DNA of 64,000 nt from Alphaproteobacteria bacterium. Its GTDB lineage: Bacteria > Pseudomonadota > Alphaproteobacteria > UBA828. The notes under the pieces were generated by a model that made no database searches, had not been told where the DNA came from, and worked only from the letters and a program-made list of their open reading frames with translations. Position 1 is the stretch's first letter, and the number at the start of each line of letters is the position of its first letter. Both the position numbers and the translations under genes were made by a program. Of the stretch, positions 1-9,138 are shown piece after piece. The stretch is taken from the NCBI GenBank assembly GCA_965221125.1, contig CBDCRW010000002.1, forward strand, positions 96,001 through 160,000, written 5' to 3'.

Positions 1-718
1 CCACTCGAAGGCGATGTGGGATGCGATGTACGCCTACCAGCAGCGGGGCGGCCGGCTCATGTACATGGGCGCCAACGGCTGGTACTGGCGCATCGCCTTC
101 CACACCGAGGTGCCGGGCTGCATCGAAGTGCGCCGCGCCGAGGACGGCATCCGCACCTGGATCGCGCGGCCCGGCGAGTACTACCACAGCTTCACCGGCG
201 AGTACGGCGGCCTCTGGCGGCGCAACGGCCGCCCGCCCCAGGTGATCGTCGGCACCGGCTTCAGCGCGCAGGGCTTCGATATCTCGTCCTACTACGTGCG
301 CCAGCCGGACAGCTTCAAGAAGGAGGTCGCCTGGATCTTCGACGGCATCGGCGAGGACGAGAGGATCGGCGACTTCGGGCTGATCGGCGGCGGTGCTGCG
401 GGGCTCGAACTCGACCGGGTCGACCCGCTGCTCGGCACGCCGCCCAACACCTACACGCTGGCCACGTCGGAGGGTCACACCGACCTCTACCTCGTGGTCT
501 GCGAGGAGCTGGACGTGAACCGGCCCAACTGCGACGGCACGCAGGACCCGCTGGTGCGCGCCGACGTCGTGTTCTACGAGACCGCGAACGGCGGCGCCGT
601 GTTCTCCACCAGCTCCATCGCCTGGTGCGGGAGCCTCGCGCACAACGACCACGACAACAACGTCTCGCGCATGACCGAGAACGTCCTGCGCCGCTTCGCC
701 GATCCGACCCCGTTCTGA
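1..718 (+). CDS. N,N-dimethylformamidase large (beta) subunit family protein, C-terminal part (truncated by window start)
   Basis: Motifs GGRLMYMGANGWYW, GEYGGLWRRNGRPPQ, GGAAGLELDR, GGAVFSTSSIAWCGSL, NNVSRMTENVLRRF resemble DmfA2-family C-termini. Confidence 0.8.
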   Translation, partial: HSKAMWDAMYAYQQRGGRLMYMGANGWYWRIAFHTEVPGCIEVRRAEDGIRTWIARPGEYYHSFTGEYGGLWRRNGRPPQVIVGTGFSAQGFDISSYYVRQPDSFKKEVAWIFDGIGEDERIGDFGLIGGGAAGLELDRVDPLLGTPPNTYTLATSEGHTDLYLVVCEELDVNRPNCDGTQDPLVRADVVFYETANGGAVFSTSSIAWCGSLAHNDHDNNVSRMTENVLRRFADPTPF

Positions 719-725
719 GCACGCC

Positions 726-1520
726 TTGCCCATAGGGGCGGAGCGGGTTTCCGCCCCGTCGGCCCCGACCGGCGGGCCGGTGCTGGAGGTCGACGCGCTC
801 ACCAAGCGCTTCAGCAAGGTGACCGCCGTCGACGCGGTGAGCTTCACCGTGGCGCGGGGCGCGACCGCGGCGCTGCTCGGCGCGAACGGTGCCGGCAAGA
901 CCACCACCATCGCGATGATCCTGGGCCTGCTGCTGCCGAGCGCAGGCTCCGTGCGCGTCTTCGGCCGCGAGATGGCGACGGAGCGCTACGCCCTGCTGCC
1001 CCGCATGAACTTCTCCTCGCCCTACACGGACCTCCCCCACCGGCTCACCGTGCGCGAGAACCTCACCGTCTATGCGAGGCTCTACGGCCTGGCCGACGTC
1101 CGCGCGCGCATCGAGCGCATGGCGGAGACCCTCGACCTCGGCGATTTCCTCAAGCGGCCCACCGGCAAGCTCTCGGCCGGGCAGCGGACGCGCGTGGCCC
1201 TCGCCAAGGCGCTGCTCAACGACCCGGAATTGCTGCTGCTGGACGAGCCCTCGGCCTCGCTCGACCCCGACACGGCCGACTGGGTGCGGGGCGTCATCGA
1301 GCGCTACCGGGCCGAGACCGGCGCCACGATCCTGCTCGCCTCCCACAACATGGCCGAGGTGGAACGCCTCTGCGACGACGTGCTCGTGATGTGCGCGGGC
1401 CGCATCGTGGAAAGCGGCACGCCTGCGGACATGATCGCACGCCACGGCCTCGGCACGCTGGAGGAGGTCTTTCTCGAGATCGTGCGGGGCACGGGCAGCC
1501 TCGGCGAGGCGGCGCCGTGA
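726..1520 (+). CDS. ABC transporter ATP-binding protein (ABC-2 exporter type); start uncertain
   Basis: Walker A GANGAGKT, signature LSAGQ, Walker B LLLLDEP, H-loop ASH. Confidence 0.9.
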   Translation: MPIGAERVSAPSAPTGGPVLEVDALTKRFSKVTAVDAVSFTVARGATAALLGANGAGKTTTIAMILGLLLPSAGSVRVFGREMATERYALLPRMNFSSPYTDLPHRLTVRENLTVYARLYGLADVRARIERMAETLDLGDFLKRPTGKLSAGQRTRVALAKALLNDPELLLLDEPSASLDPDTADWVRGVIERYRAETGATILLASHNMAEVERLCDDVLVMCAGRIVESGTPADMIARHGLGTLEEVFLEIVRGTGSLGEAAP

Positions 1521-2347
1521 TGGGGAACGGCGGCGCACGCGCGCTCCCGTGGCCGGGACCTCTGCAGCGCATATGGGCGCTGGTGCTGCGCCACACCTAC
1601 CTGCTGCGGCGCTCCTGGCCGCGCCTGCTCGAGCTCACCTACTGGCCCACGGTGCAGATGATCATCTGGGGCCTGGTGACCATGTTCCTCGTCACCAACA
1701 GTTCGTGGGTGGCGCAGGCGGCGGGCGTGCTGCTCGCCGGCGTGATCCTGTGGGACGTGATGTTTCGCGGCCAGATCGGGCTTTCCCTGGTGTTCATCGA
1801 GGAGATGTGGTCGCGCAACCTCGGCCACCTCTTCGTGAGCCCGCTCCGGCCCTGGGAGCTGATCTGCGCGCTCATGCTCATCAGCCTGATCCGCACGCTG
1901 ATCGGGATGACGGGCGCGGTGGGCTTCGCCTTCCTGCTCTACGCGTTCTCGATCTTCGATCTCGGCTTCGCGCTGATCGGCTTCTTCGTGAACCTGATCG
2001 TGATGGGCTGGGCCGTGGGCTTCTTCGTCTGCGGCCTGGTGCTGCGCTACGGCCTCGGCGCGGAGAGCCTCGCCTGGTTCCTGATCTTCGCGCTGGCACC
2101 CTTCAGCTGCGTCTACTACCCGCTCTCGATCCTGCCGGACTGGCTGGAGCCGGTCGCCGCCATCCTGCCCTCCGCCCACGTCTTCGAGGGGATGCGCGCA
2201 CTCCTGGTGGACGGCGTCTTCAGCGGCGATCACATGATGCGCGCGAGCCTGCTCAACATCGCCTGGATGGCGGTCGGCGTCGCCACCTTTCTCGCCTTCC
2301 TGCGCAGCGCCCGCATCCGCGGCCTGCTGCACCAGATCGGCGAATAG
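1520..2347 (+). CDS. ABC-2 type transporter permease
   Basis: Multiple hydrophobic helices; ATG overlaps ATPase stop (TGATG). Confidence 0.85.
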   Translation: MGNGGARALPWPGPLQRIWALVLRHTYLLRRSWPRLLELTYWPTVQMIIWGLVTMFLVTNSSWVAQAAGVLLAGVILWDVMFRGQIGLSLVFIEEMWSRNLGHLFVSPLRPWELICALMLISLIRTLIGMTGAVGFAFLLYAFSIFDLGFALIGFFVNLIVMGWAVGFFVCGLVLRYGLGAESLAWFLIFALAPFSCVYYPLSILPDWLEPVAAILPSAHVFEGMRALLVDGVFSGDHMMRASLLNIAWMAVGVATFLAFLRSARIRGLLHQIGE

Positions 2348-2350
2348 CGA

Positions 2351-3379
2351 TCAGTCCGCCGGGCCGCTGACCCCGGCCGAGTCGAAGGTCGCCATGCCGT
2401 TGTGCGCCGCCACCGCCATGCGCACGAGCCCGGCGGCGAGCGCCGCGCCCGAAGCCTCGCCGAGCCTGAGGCCGAGATCGAGCAGAGGGTCCAGCGCCAG
2501 CGCCTCCAGCAGCTTCCGGTGGCCCGGCTCCGCCGAGCGGTGCGCGACCTGCGCGTGGTCGAGGCCGCCAGCCCGCAGATGCGCGACGACCGCGGCCGCC
2601 GCGGTGCAGGCGAAGCCGTCGAGCAGCACGGGCACGCGCGCGTGCCGGGCGCGCACCACGGCGCCCGCGATCGCCGCAAGCTCGCGCCCGCCGACGCGCC
2701 TGAGCGCGGCGAGCGGATCGCGCCGGGCCTCGGGATGCCGCGCGAGCGCCGCATCGACCGCGGCGGCCTTGCGTGCGAGCCCGTCCCGGTCGACTCCTGT
2801 CCCCGGCCCCACCCACGCCGCGCCGTCGCCGCCGCAGAGCGCCGCCGCGAGCGCCGCCGCGGCGGTGGTGTTGCCGATGCCCATCTCGCCCAGGCAGAGC
2901 AGGTCGGCACCCGCATCCACCGCCGCCATGCCCGCCTCCAGCGCCGCGACGCAGTCCGCCTCGCCGAGCGCAGGCGCTTCGGTCATGTCCACGGTGGGCC
3001 GGTGGAGATCGAGGGGCACCACCGTCAACGCCGCGCCCAGCACGTCGCAGAGCTGGTTGATGGCGGCGCCGCCCGCCTCGAAGTTGGCCACCATCTGCGC
3101 CGTCACGGCGGCCGGATAGGCCGAGACTCCGCGCGCCGCCACGCCATGATTGCCGGCGAAGACGACGACCTGGATTCGCTCCGCCCGCGGCGGATGACGC
3201 CCCTGCCACGCCGCAGCCCACCGGGCGAGCGCTTCCAGCTGGCCCAACGCGCCCGCCGGCTTGGTGAGCCCGGCATCGTGCGCCCTCGCCCGCTCCGCCG
3301 CCGCCTTGTCCGGCCCCGGCATGGCCGCGACGCGCGCGCGGAATTCGCTCGACGAGGCGAGCCGGAAGTCGTCATGCAT
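2351..3379 (-). CDS. cobT: Nicotinate-nucleotide--dimethylbenzimidazole phosphoribosyltransferase
   Basis: LTKPAGALGQLE, FAGNHGV, LGEMGIGNTT, VGPGTG, LGLRLGEASGA motifs. Confidence 0.95.
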   Translation of the reverse strand: MHDDFRLASSSEFRARVAAMPGPDKAAAERARAHDAGLTKPAGALGQLEALARWAAAWQGRHPPRAERIQVVVFAGNHGVAARGVSAYPAAVTAQMVANFEAGGAAINQLCDVLGAALTVVPLDLHRPTVDMTEAPALGEADCVAALEAGMAAVDAGADLLCLGEMGIGNTTAAAALAAALCGGDGAAWVGPGTGVDRDGLARKAAAVDAALARHPEARRDPLAALRRVGGRELAAIAGAVVRARHARVPVLLDGFACTAAAAVVAHLRAGGLDHAQVAHRSAEPGHRKLLEALALDPLLDLGLRLGEASGAALAAGLVRMAVAAHNGMATFDSAGVSGPAD

Positions 3380-3498
3380 GGTTGTTCCGCGCGGGCGTTC
3401 CCGCCATCTGCGATCTGTGGGGTTTCTTGGCGGCGTCGCCGCCCTGGCCTATAAGGCTGAGGGAGGATGCCGGGCCGGTGCGGACCGGGCAAGGGCAG

Positions 3499-4305
3499 AT
3501 GCGTTACGACGACGGCGACGAGGCTCCCCTCCAGCAGGCGGCCTACCGCGCGGTGCGGACCTGGCGGAGCGATCTCCGCGCCTCGCTCCTGTTCCTGACG
3601 CGGGTGCCGCTGAAGGCGGCCCGCGCCGAGGGCGATTCGCCACCGCTCGGCCGTGCCGTGCGCGCCTTCCCCATCGTCGGCGCGCTCATCGGGCTGGCCG
3701 CGGGGATCGTCTACGCCATCGCCGCCGGCATCGGCCTGCCCGACATCGTGGCCGCGGTGCTCGCCGTCGGCGCCGGCGCGCTCGTCACCGGCGCGCTGCA
3801 CGAGGACGGCCTCGCCGACATGGCGGACGGCTTCGGCGGCGGAAGCACGCCCGAGCGCAAGCTCGCCATCATGCGGGACAGCCGCATCGGCGCCTACGGC
3901 GTGATCGCGCTGGTCGTGGTGCTGGCGGCGAAGGTGGGCGCGATCTCCGACCTCGGCAGCACCGGGCTCGTGGTCGCCGCCCTGGTGGCCGCGGCCGCCG
4001 CCTCGCGCGCGGCGATGCCGGCCGTCATGCTGTGGCTGGAGCCGGCACGGGCAGACGGCCTCGCCGCCGACGCAGGCCGCCCGCCGTCCAGCCACGTGTG
4101 GACCGGCCTCGCCTTGGCCGCCGTGCTCGCCGTGGGTCTGCTCACCTGGAGCGGCCTCGTCGCCTTCATCGTCGCCGGCCTCGGCGCCGCTGCCGTCGCC
4201 TGGCTTGCGGAGCGGCAGGTGGGCGGCCACACTGGAGACGTCCTGGGCGGCGTTCAACAGTTCTCAGAGGTCCTCTTCCTTCTCACTCTTGCGGCAGTCA
4301 GATGA
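3499..4305 (+). CDS. cobS: Adenosylcobinamide-GDP ribazoletransferase (cobalamin synthase)
   Basis: FLTRVP, TGALHEDGLADMADGFGG, IMRDSRIGAYG, GGHTGDVLG motifs. Confidence 0.95.
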   Translation: MRYDDGDEAPLQQAAYRAVRTWRSDLRASLLFLTRVPLKAARAEGDSPPLGRAVRAFPIVGALIGLAAGIVYAIAAGIGLPDIVAAVLAVGAGALVTGALHEDGLADMADGFGGGSTPERKLAIMRDSRIGAYGVIALVVVLAAKVGAISDLGSTGLVVAALVAAAAASRAAMPAVMLWLEPARADGLAADAGRPPSSHVWTGLALAAVLAVGLLTWSGLVAFIVAGLGAAAVAWLAERQVGGHTGDVLGGVQQFSEVLFLLTLAAVR

Positions 4306-4928
4306 CCACCACAGTCACCCGGTGGTGGTGGGTGCGCCACGCGCCCGTCACCGATCATGGCGGCCGGCTCTACGGCCGCACCGACGTCTCCGCCAACACC
4401 AGCGAGCGCCCGCGCTTCGAGGGGCTCGCGCATGCGCTGCCCGAAGGCGCGGTGTGGATCACCAGCGCCCTGCTGCGCGCGCACCAGACCGCCGATGCCA
4501 TCGCGGACGCGGGCCACGCGGTGCCGGAGCGCGCCATCGAGGCGGACTTCGACGAGCAGGATTTCGGCGTCTGGCACGGGCTCACCTGGAGCGAGGTCGC
4601 GTCCGAGCGCGGCAGCGGGCTCGCCCACAAGTACTGGGTCGCGCCGGCGCACGTGACCCCGCCGAAGGGCGAGAGCTTCGCCGACGTGATCGCGCGCGCC
4701 AGCGGCGCCATCGCCCGCTGCACGGCCCGGCATCCCGGCAGCGACATCGTCGCCGTGGCTCACGGCGGGACGATCCGCGCGGCGCTCGCATTGGCCCTCG
4801 GCCTCGATCCCGAGCACGCGCTCGCCTTCAGCATCGACAACCTCTCGATCACCCGTATCGACCACGTTGACGCGCCGGCCAAGGGCGGCGCTTGGCGGGT
4901 CAACGCGGTCAACCTGCCGCCGGTCTGA
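4302..4928 (+). CDS. Histidine phosphatase family protein (CobC-like alpha-ribazole phosphatase)
   Basis: RH motif (VRHA), EQDFG, AHGGTIR; ATGA overlap with cobS. Confidence 0.8.
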   Translation: MTTTVTRWWWVRHAPVTDHGGRLYGRTDVSANTSERPRFEGLAHALPEGAVWITSALLRAHQTADAIADAGHAVPERAIEADFDEQDFGVWHGLTWSEVASERGSGLAHKYWVAPAHVTPPKGESFADVIARASGAIARCTARHPGSDIVAVAHGGTIRAALALALGLDPEHALAFSIDNLSITRIDHVDAPAKGGAWRVNAVNLPPV

Positions 4929-4987
4929 ACGCCCGCTTTGCCCGCGGGCCGGCTGCATGGCGCCGGCGGAGCGCGTAGAGTGACGCC

Positions 4988-6317
4988 ATGACGCGTCAGA
5001 ATGCGCCGAGCCTGTTCGAGGACGCGGCACCCAGGCCGCTCGCCGACCGGCTGCGCCCGCAAGCGCTCGACGAGGTGGTGGGGCAGGACCACCTGCTCCG
5101 CCCCGACGGCCCGTTAGGCCGCATGGTGGCGGGCGGCGCGCTGGCGTCCACCGTGCTCTGGGGGCCGCCGGGCTGCGGCAAGACCACCATCGCCCGCCTG
5201 CTGGCCGACCACACGGACATGCTGTTCGCGCCGCTGAGCGCGGTCTTCTCCGGCGTCGCCGAGCTTCGCAAGGTGTTCGCGGAGGCTCGCGAGCGCCGCG
5301 TCGGCGGCACCGGCACCCTGCTCTTCGTGGACGAGATCCACCGCTTCAACCGGGCGCAGCAGGATGCCTTCCTGCCCGTGGTCGAGGACGGCACCGTCAT
5401 CCTCGTGGGCGCCACCACCGAGAACCCCTCGTTCGAGCTGAACGGCGCGCTCCTCTCGCGCTGCGCGGTGCTGGTGCTGAACCGCCTCGACGACGCGGCG
5501 CTGGAGACCCTGCTCGCGCGCGCGGAGGAGGCCGAGGGCCGCACGCTCCCGCTCGAAGCCGACGCGCGGCCCATGCTGCGCGCCATGGCGGACGGCGACG
5601 GCCCGCGCGCTCATCAACATGGCGGAAGCCCTGTTCGCCGCCGGCGCCAGCGGGCCGCTCGACGTGCCGCAGCTGATGGAGACCGTGCAGCGCCGCGCGC
5701 CGCTCTACGACAAGTCGCAGGAGGGCCACTACAACCTGATCTCGGCGCTCCACAAGTCGCTCAGGGGCTCGGACACCGACGCCGCGCTCTACTGGCTCGC
5801 CCGCATGCTGGCGGGCGGCGAGGACCCCCGCTACATCGCCCGCCGCCTCGTGCGCTTCGCGGTGGAGGACATCGGCCTTGCCGACCCGGACGCGCTGGCG
5901 CAGGCGCTCGCTGGCTGGGAGGCCTACGAGCGCCTGGGCTCGCCCGAGGGCGAGCTCGCCATCGCCCAGACCGTGATCTATCTCGGCACCGCGGCGAAAT
6001 CGAACGCAAGCTACCGCGCGCTCGGCCAGGCCATGGCGTCGGCCCGCGAGACCGGCTCGCTGATGCCGCCCAAGCACATTCTCAACGCGCCGACGCGGCT
6101 GATGAAGGACCTGGGCTACGGCAAGGGCTACGTCTACGACCACGACACGGAGGAGAGTTTCTCGGGCCAGAACTATTTTCCGGACGGAATGCCGCGGCGC
6201 AGCTTCTACCGGCCGAAGGAGCGCGGCTTCGAGCGCGAGGTCATGAAGCGCCTCGCCTACTGGCAGAAGCTGCGCGATGCAGCCCAAGACGGCGACGACG
6301 AGGCGGAGGAGCCGTGA
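4988..6317 (+). pseudogene. rarA: Replication-associated recombination protein A (RarA/MgsA) with a +1 frameshift at ~5602-5604 (real lesion or sequencing error)
   Basis: N-half PLADRLRP, GPPGCGKTT, DEIHRFN, GATTENPSF in one frame; C-half HYNLISALHKSLRGSD, EDIGLADP in another; removing one C from GGCCCGC restores ADGDGRALINMAE. Confidence 0.85.
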
Positions 6318-6703
6318 AGGTCGCGCTCGCCATCGCGCTGGGGGGCGCTCTCGGCTCCGTCGGGCGCTACTACGTCATGGGCGCGGCCGAGCGCTGGCTC
6401 GCGTCCCTCATCGGCACGGGCTTCCCCTACGGCACGCTGACGGTGAACGTCGTGGGCTCGTTCGTCCTCGGCGCGCTGGTGCAGGGGCTCGCGCTTACCT
6501 TCGATGCCGGCGAGGTGGTGCAGCGCTTCCTCTTCGTAGGCCTGCTCGGCGGCTTCACCACCTTCTCCGCCTTCTCCGCCGACAGCATCGCCATGCTGGA
6601 GCGGGGCGATATCGGCCGGGCGCTGCTCTACATCGTGCTGTCGGTCGTGCTCTCGGTGGGCGGCTTCTATTGCGGGCTGCGGCTCGTGCGCGGGGTGCTC
6701 TGA
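6314..6703 (+). CDS. crcB: Fluoride efflux channel CrcB/FluC
   Basis: GGALGSVGRY, FPYGTLTVNVVGS, GLLGGFTTFSAFS; GTG start overlaps rarA stop. Confidence 0.93.
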   Translation: MKVALAIALGGALGSVGRYYVMGAAERWLASLIGTGFPYGTLTVNVVGSFVLGALVQGLALTFDAGEVVQRFLFVGLLGGFTTFSAFSADSIAMLERGDIGRALLYIVLSVVLSVGGFYCGLRLVRGVL

Positions 6704-6705
6704 GG

Positions 6706-7701
6706 GTGAGCGGCGTCGCCACCCTGGAGATCGCGCCGGAGGAGGGCGACCAGCGGCTCGACCGCTGGTTCAGGCGGCGCTACCCCGCCCTCGGCCACGG
6801 CCGGCTGGAGAAGCTGCTGCGCACCGGGCAGATCCGCGTGAACGGCAAGCGCGCCCGCGCCGGCACGCGGCTGGAGCCGGGCGACCGTGTGCGCGTGCCG
6901 CCCCTGCCCGAGGGCGGCAAGGTGCGCGCGCCGCGCCGCCCTGCCCCGCCGCCGGCGGAGGCCGACGTGGAGATGGTGCAAGACGCCGTCATCTACCGCG
7001 ACCGCGACATCATCGCGCTCAACAAGCCACCGGGCTTGCCGGTGCAGGGCGGCAACCACGTCGCCCGCCACCTCGACGGCATGCTCGCCGCGCTCCGCTT
7101 CGATGCGGCGGAGGCGCCCCGCCTCGTCCACCGGCTCGACCGGGACACGAGCGGCGTCCTCCTTCTTGCCCGCCACGCGGGTGCGGCGCGGGAGCTCACG
7201 GCGCTGTTCCGCACGCGCGCGGTGCAAAAGCTCTACTGGGCGCTGGTCGCGGGCGTGCCGAAGCCGGCGCAGGGGCGGATCGACGCGCCGCTCGCCAAGC
7301 GGCAGGTGGGCGCGGGCGAGCGCGTGGTCGCGACCTCGGACGGCGGCCAGCGCGCGATAACCGACTACACGCTGATCGAGGCGGCTGGCCGGCGCCTCTC
7401 CTGGCTCGCGCTGATGCCGCGCACGGGCCGCACGCACCAGCTCCGGGCGCACACAGCGTCGGTCTTCGGCCACCCGGTCGTGGGCGACGGCAAGTACGGC
7501 GGCGAGGCGGCGTTTCCGGCGGGCTTCGAGCCCCGCCTGCACCTCCACGCCCGGGCGCTGGCGCTGCCACGGGCGGGCGCCAAGGCGCCGCTCATTCTCA
7601 CCGCGCCGCTGCCGCCGCACATGGCCGCCGCGTGGCGCTTTCTCGGCTTCGAGCCCGAGCCTGCCGACGACCATTTTGGGCTGTTCGAGGCCGCGCCGTG
7701 A
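6706..7701 (+). CDS. RluA/RluC-family pseudouridine synthase with S4 domain
   Basis: QRLDRW, NKPPGL, HRLDRDTSG, TGRTHQLR, HPVVGDGKYG. Confidence 0.92.
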   Translation: MSGVATLEIAPEEGDQRLDRWFRRRYPALGHGRLEKLLRTGQIRVNGKRARAGTRLEPGDRVRVPPLPEGGKVRAPRRPAPPPAEADVEMVQDAVIYRDRDIIALNKPPGLPVQGGNHVARHLDGMLAALRFDAAEAPRLVHRLDRDTSGVLLLARHAGAARELTALFRTRAVQKLYWALVAGVPKPAQGRIDAPLAKRQVGAGERVVATSDGGQRAITDYTLIEAAGRRLSWLALMPRTGRTHQLRAHTASVFGHPVVGDGKYGGEAAFPAGFEPRLHLHARALALPRAGAKAPLILTAPLPPHMAAAWRFLGFEPEPADDHFGLFEAAP

Positions 7702-8408
7702 GCGGAACCAGGCCGAAGCGCTTCTACGAGGCCGCAGCCACCGTGAAGGCCGGCGGCGGGCACGGCATCGCGCTCGACGGCAAGCCGGTGCGCACGCCGG
7801 CGGGGAAACCGCTGGCGGTGCCGGGCGCTGCGCTTGCGGATGCGCTTGCCGGGGAATGGGCGACGCAGGGGGAGACCATCGATCGCGAGACCATGCCGCT
7901 CACCCGCCTCGCCTGCACCGCTCTGGACCTGGTGCCGGAGCGGCGGGAGGAGATCGTCGGTGAAGTCGCGGCCTATGCCGAGACCGACCTCGTCTGCTAC
8001 CGCACCGAGGAGCCGCCGGCCCTCGCCCGGCGCCAGATCGCCGCCTGGGAGCCGCTGGTGGCCTGGGCGGCGGAGCGCTACGGCGCCCGGCTCGCGGTCA
8101 CGACCGCCATCACCCCCCTCGCCCAGACGGCAGAGGCGCTCGCTGCGTTGCGCGGGGCGGTGGCGGCGCACGACGACTTCACGCTGGCAGGGCTCAGCCT
8201 GGCCGCGCGGAGCTTCGGCTCGCTGGTGATCGCCCTTGCCCTCTGCGAGCGGCGGCTCGGCGCGGAGGACGCCGCCCACGCCTCGCTGGTGGACGAGCAC
8301 TACCAGATCGAGCGCTGGGGCGAGGACGCGGAGCTTGCCGCCCGCTGTGCGCGGGTCGCCCGTGACGCGGAAGACGCCGCGCGCCTGTTCCGCCTAATTT
8401 CCGCCTGA
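7698..8408 (+). CDS. ATP12-family chaperone
   Basis: PKRFY, LDGKPVRTP, MPLTRL, TDLVCYR, VDEHYQIERWGED; conserved context after crcB-rluA. Confidence 0.9.
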   Translation: MSGTRPKRFYEAAATVKAGGGHGIALDGKPVRTPAGKPLAVPGAALADALAGEWATQGETIDRETMPLTRLACTALDLVPERREEIVGEVAAYAETDLVCYRTEEPPALARRQIAAWEPLVAWAAERYGARLAVTTAITPLAQTAEALAALRGAVAAHDDFTLAGLSLAARSFGSLVIALALCERRLGAEDAAHASLVDEHYQIERWGEDAELAARCARVARDAEDAARLFRLISA

Positions 8409-8558
8409 CTGGAGCGCTTCCGTTTTGCTCGGAACTGCTCCAGTGATTTTTCGCTCACGGCAGCCGGTCTTCGACCGGCGCCTGCGCGGGCGCGCCGCAG
8501 GGGCGGCGGGCCGCGGTCGCGGCCTGTCGGGCGTCCGTCACAGACGGACGCCCTCTGG
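8409..8558 (+). repeat. Dispersed multi-hairpin intergenic element, copy A
   Basis: Terminal hairpins CTGGAGCGCTTCCG..CGGAACTGCTCCAG and GGGCGTCCGT..ACGGACGCCC; core TCGCTCACGGCAGC shared with copies at 11287, 25631 and 53078. Confidence 0.9.
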
Positions 8559-8660
8559 ACGTGTGGAATCGCGCGGTAGTTCTTGCATCCGGCGGGGCCT
8601 GCGGATACGTTGACGCGCCGCCGGGCCGGGTCCCGCCGGCTCACATCAGGAGAATGACCC

Positions 8661-9047
8661 ATGGCGCGCGTGACGGTCGAAGATTGCGTCGGCCTGGTGC
8701 CGAACCGATTCGAGCTCGTGCTGCTCGCGGCGCAGCGCGCCCGCGACATCCGCTCGGGCGCGGAGCTCACGGTCGAGAAGGACAACGACAAGAACGCCGT
8801 CATCGCGCTCCGCGAGATCGCCGACGAGACGATCGATCTCGAAACGCTGCGCCACGAGCTCGAGCACGGGCGGGAAGTGGACACCGAGATCGACGAGCCG
8901 GACGAAGACGCCATGGCGGTGCTGGCGGCCGAGGCCGCCTGGGCCGGCGTGACCGGCCAGACGCCCCCCGACGACGAGCCGGCGGAGGAGGAGGGCGAGG
9001 CCGAGCCGGCGGAAGCGCCGGAGAACGAGGCAGAAGCGGAGGAATAG
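8661..9047 (+). CDS. rpoZ: RNA polymerase omega subunit
   Basis: [35 protein letters not shown]. Confidence 0.97.
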   Translation: MARVTVEDCVGLVPNRFELVLLAAQRARDIRSGAELTVEKDNDKNAVIALREIADETIDLETLRHELEHGREVDTEIDEPDEDAMAVLAAEAAWAGVTGQTPPDDEPAEEEGEAEPAEAPENEAEAEE

Positions 9048-9138
9048 CGCCCGCCGGCGGCGCAGCGGGCGCGGCAGGGCCGCGGCCCGTATCCCTGCGG
9101 GGAACTGACGGCGGCGCCGGCCGGGTGCGCCAGCGGTC

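Noticed and set aside
3380-3498. Cobalamin riboswitch between cobT and cobS
   Set aside because: Only about 120 bp and no recognisable B12-box
4988-6703. RarA-CrcB fusion protein (571 aa)
   Set aside because: Artefact of the +1 frameshift; crcB has its own RBS (GGAGGAG) and GTG start at 6314
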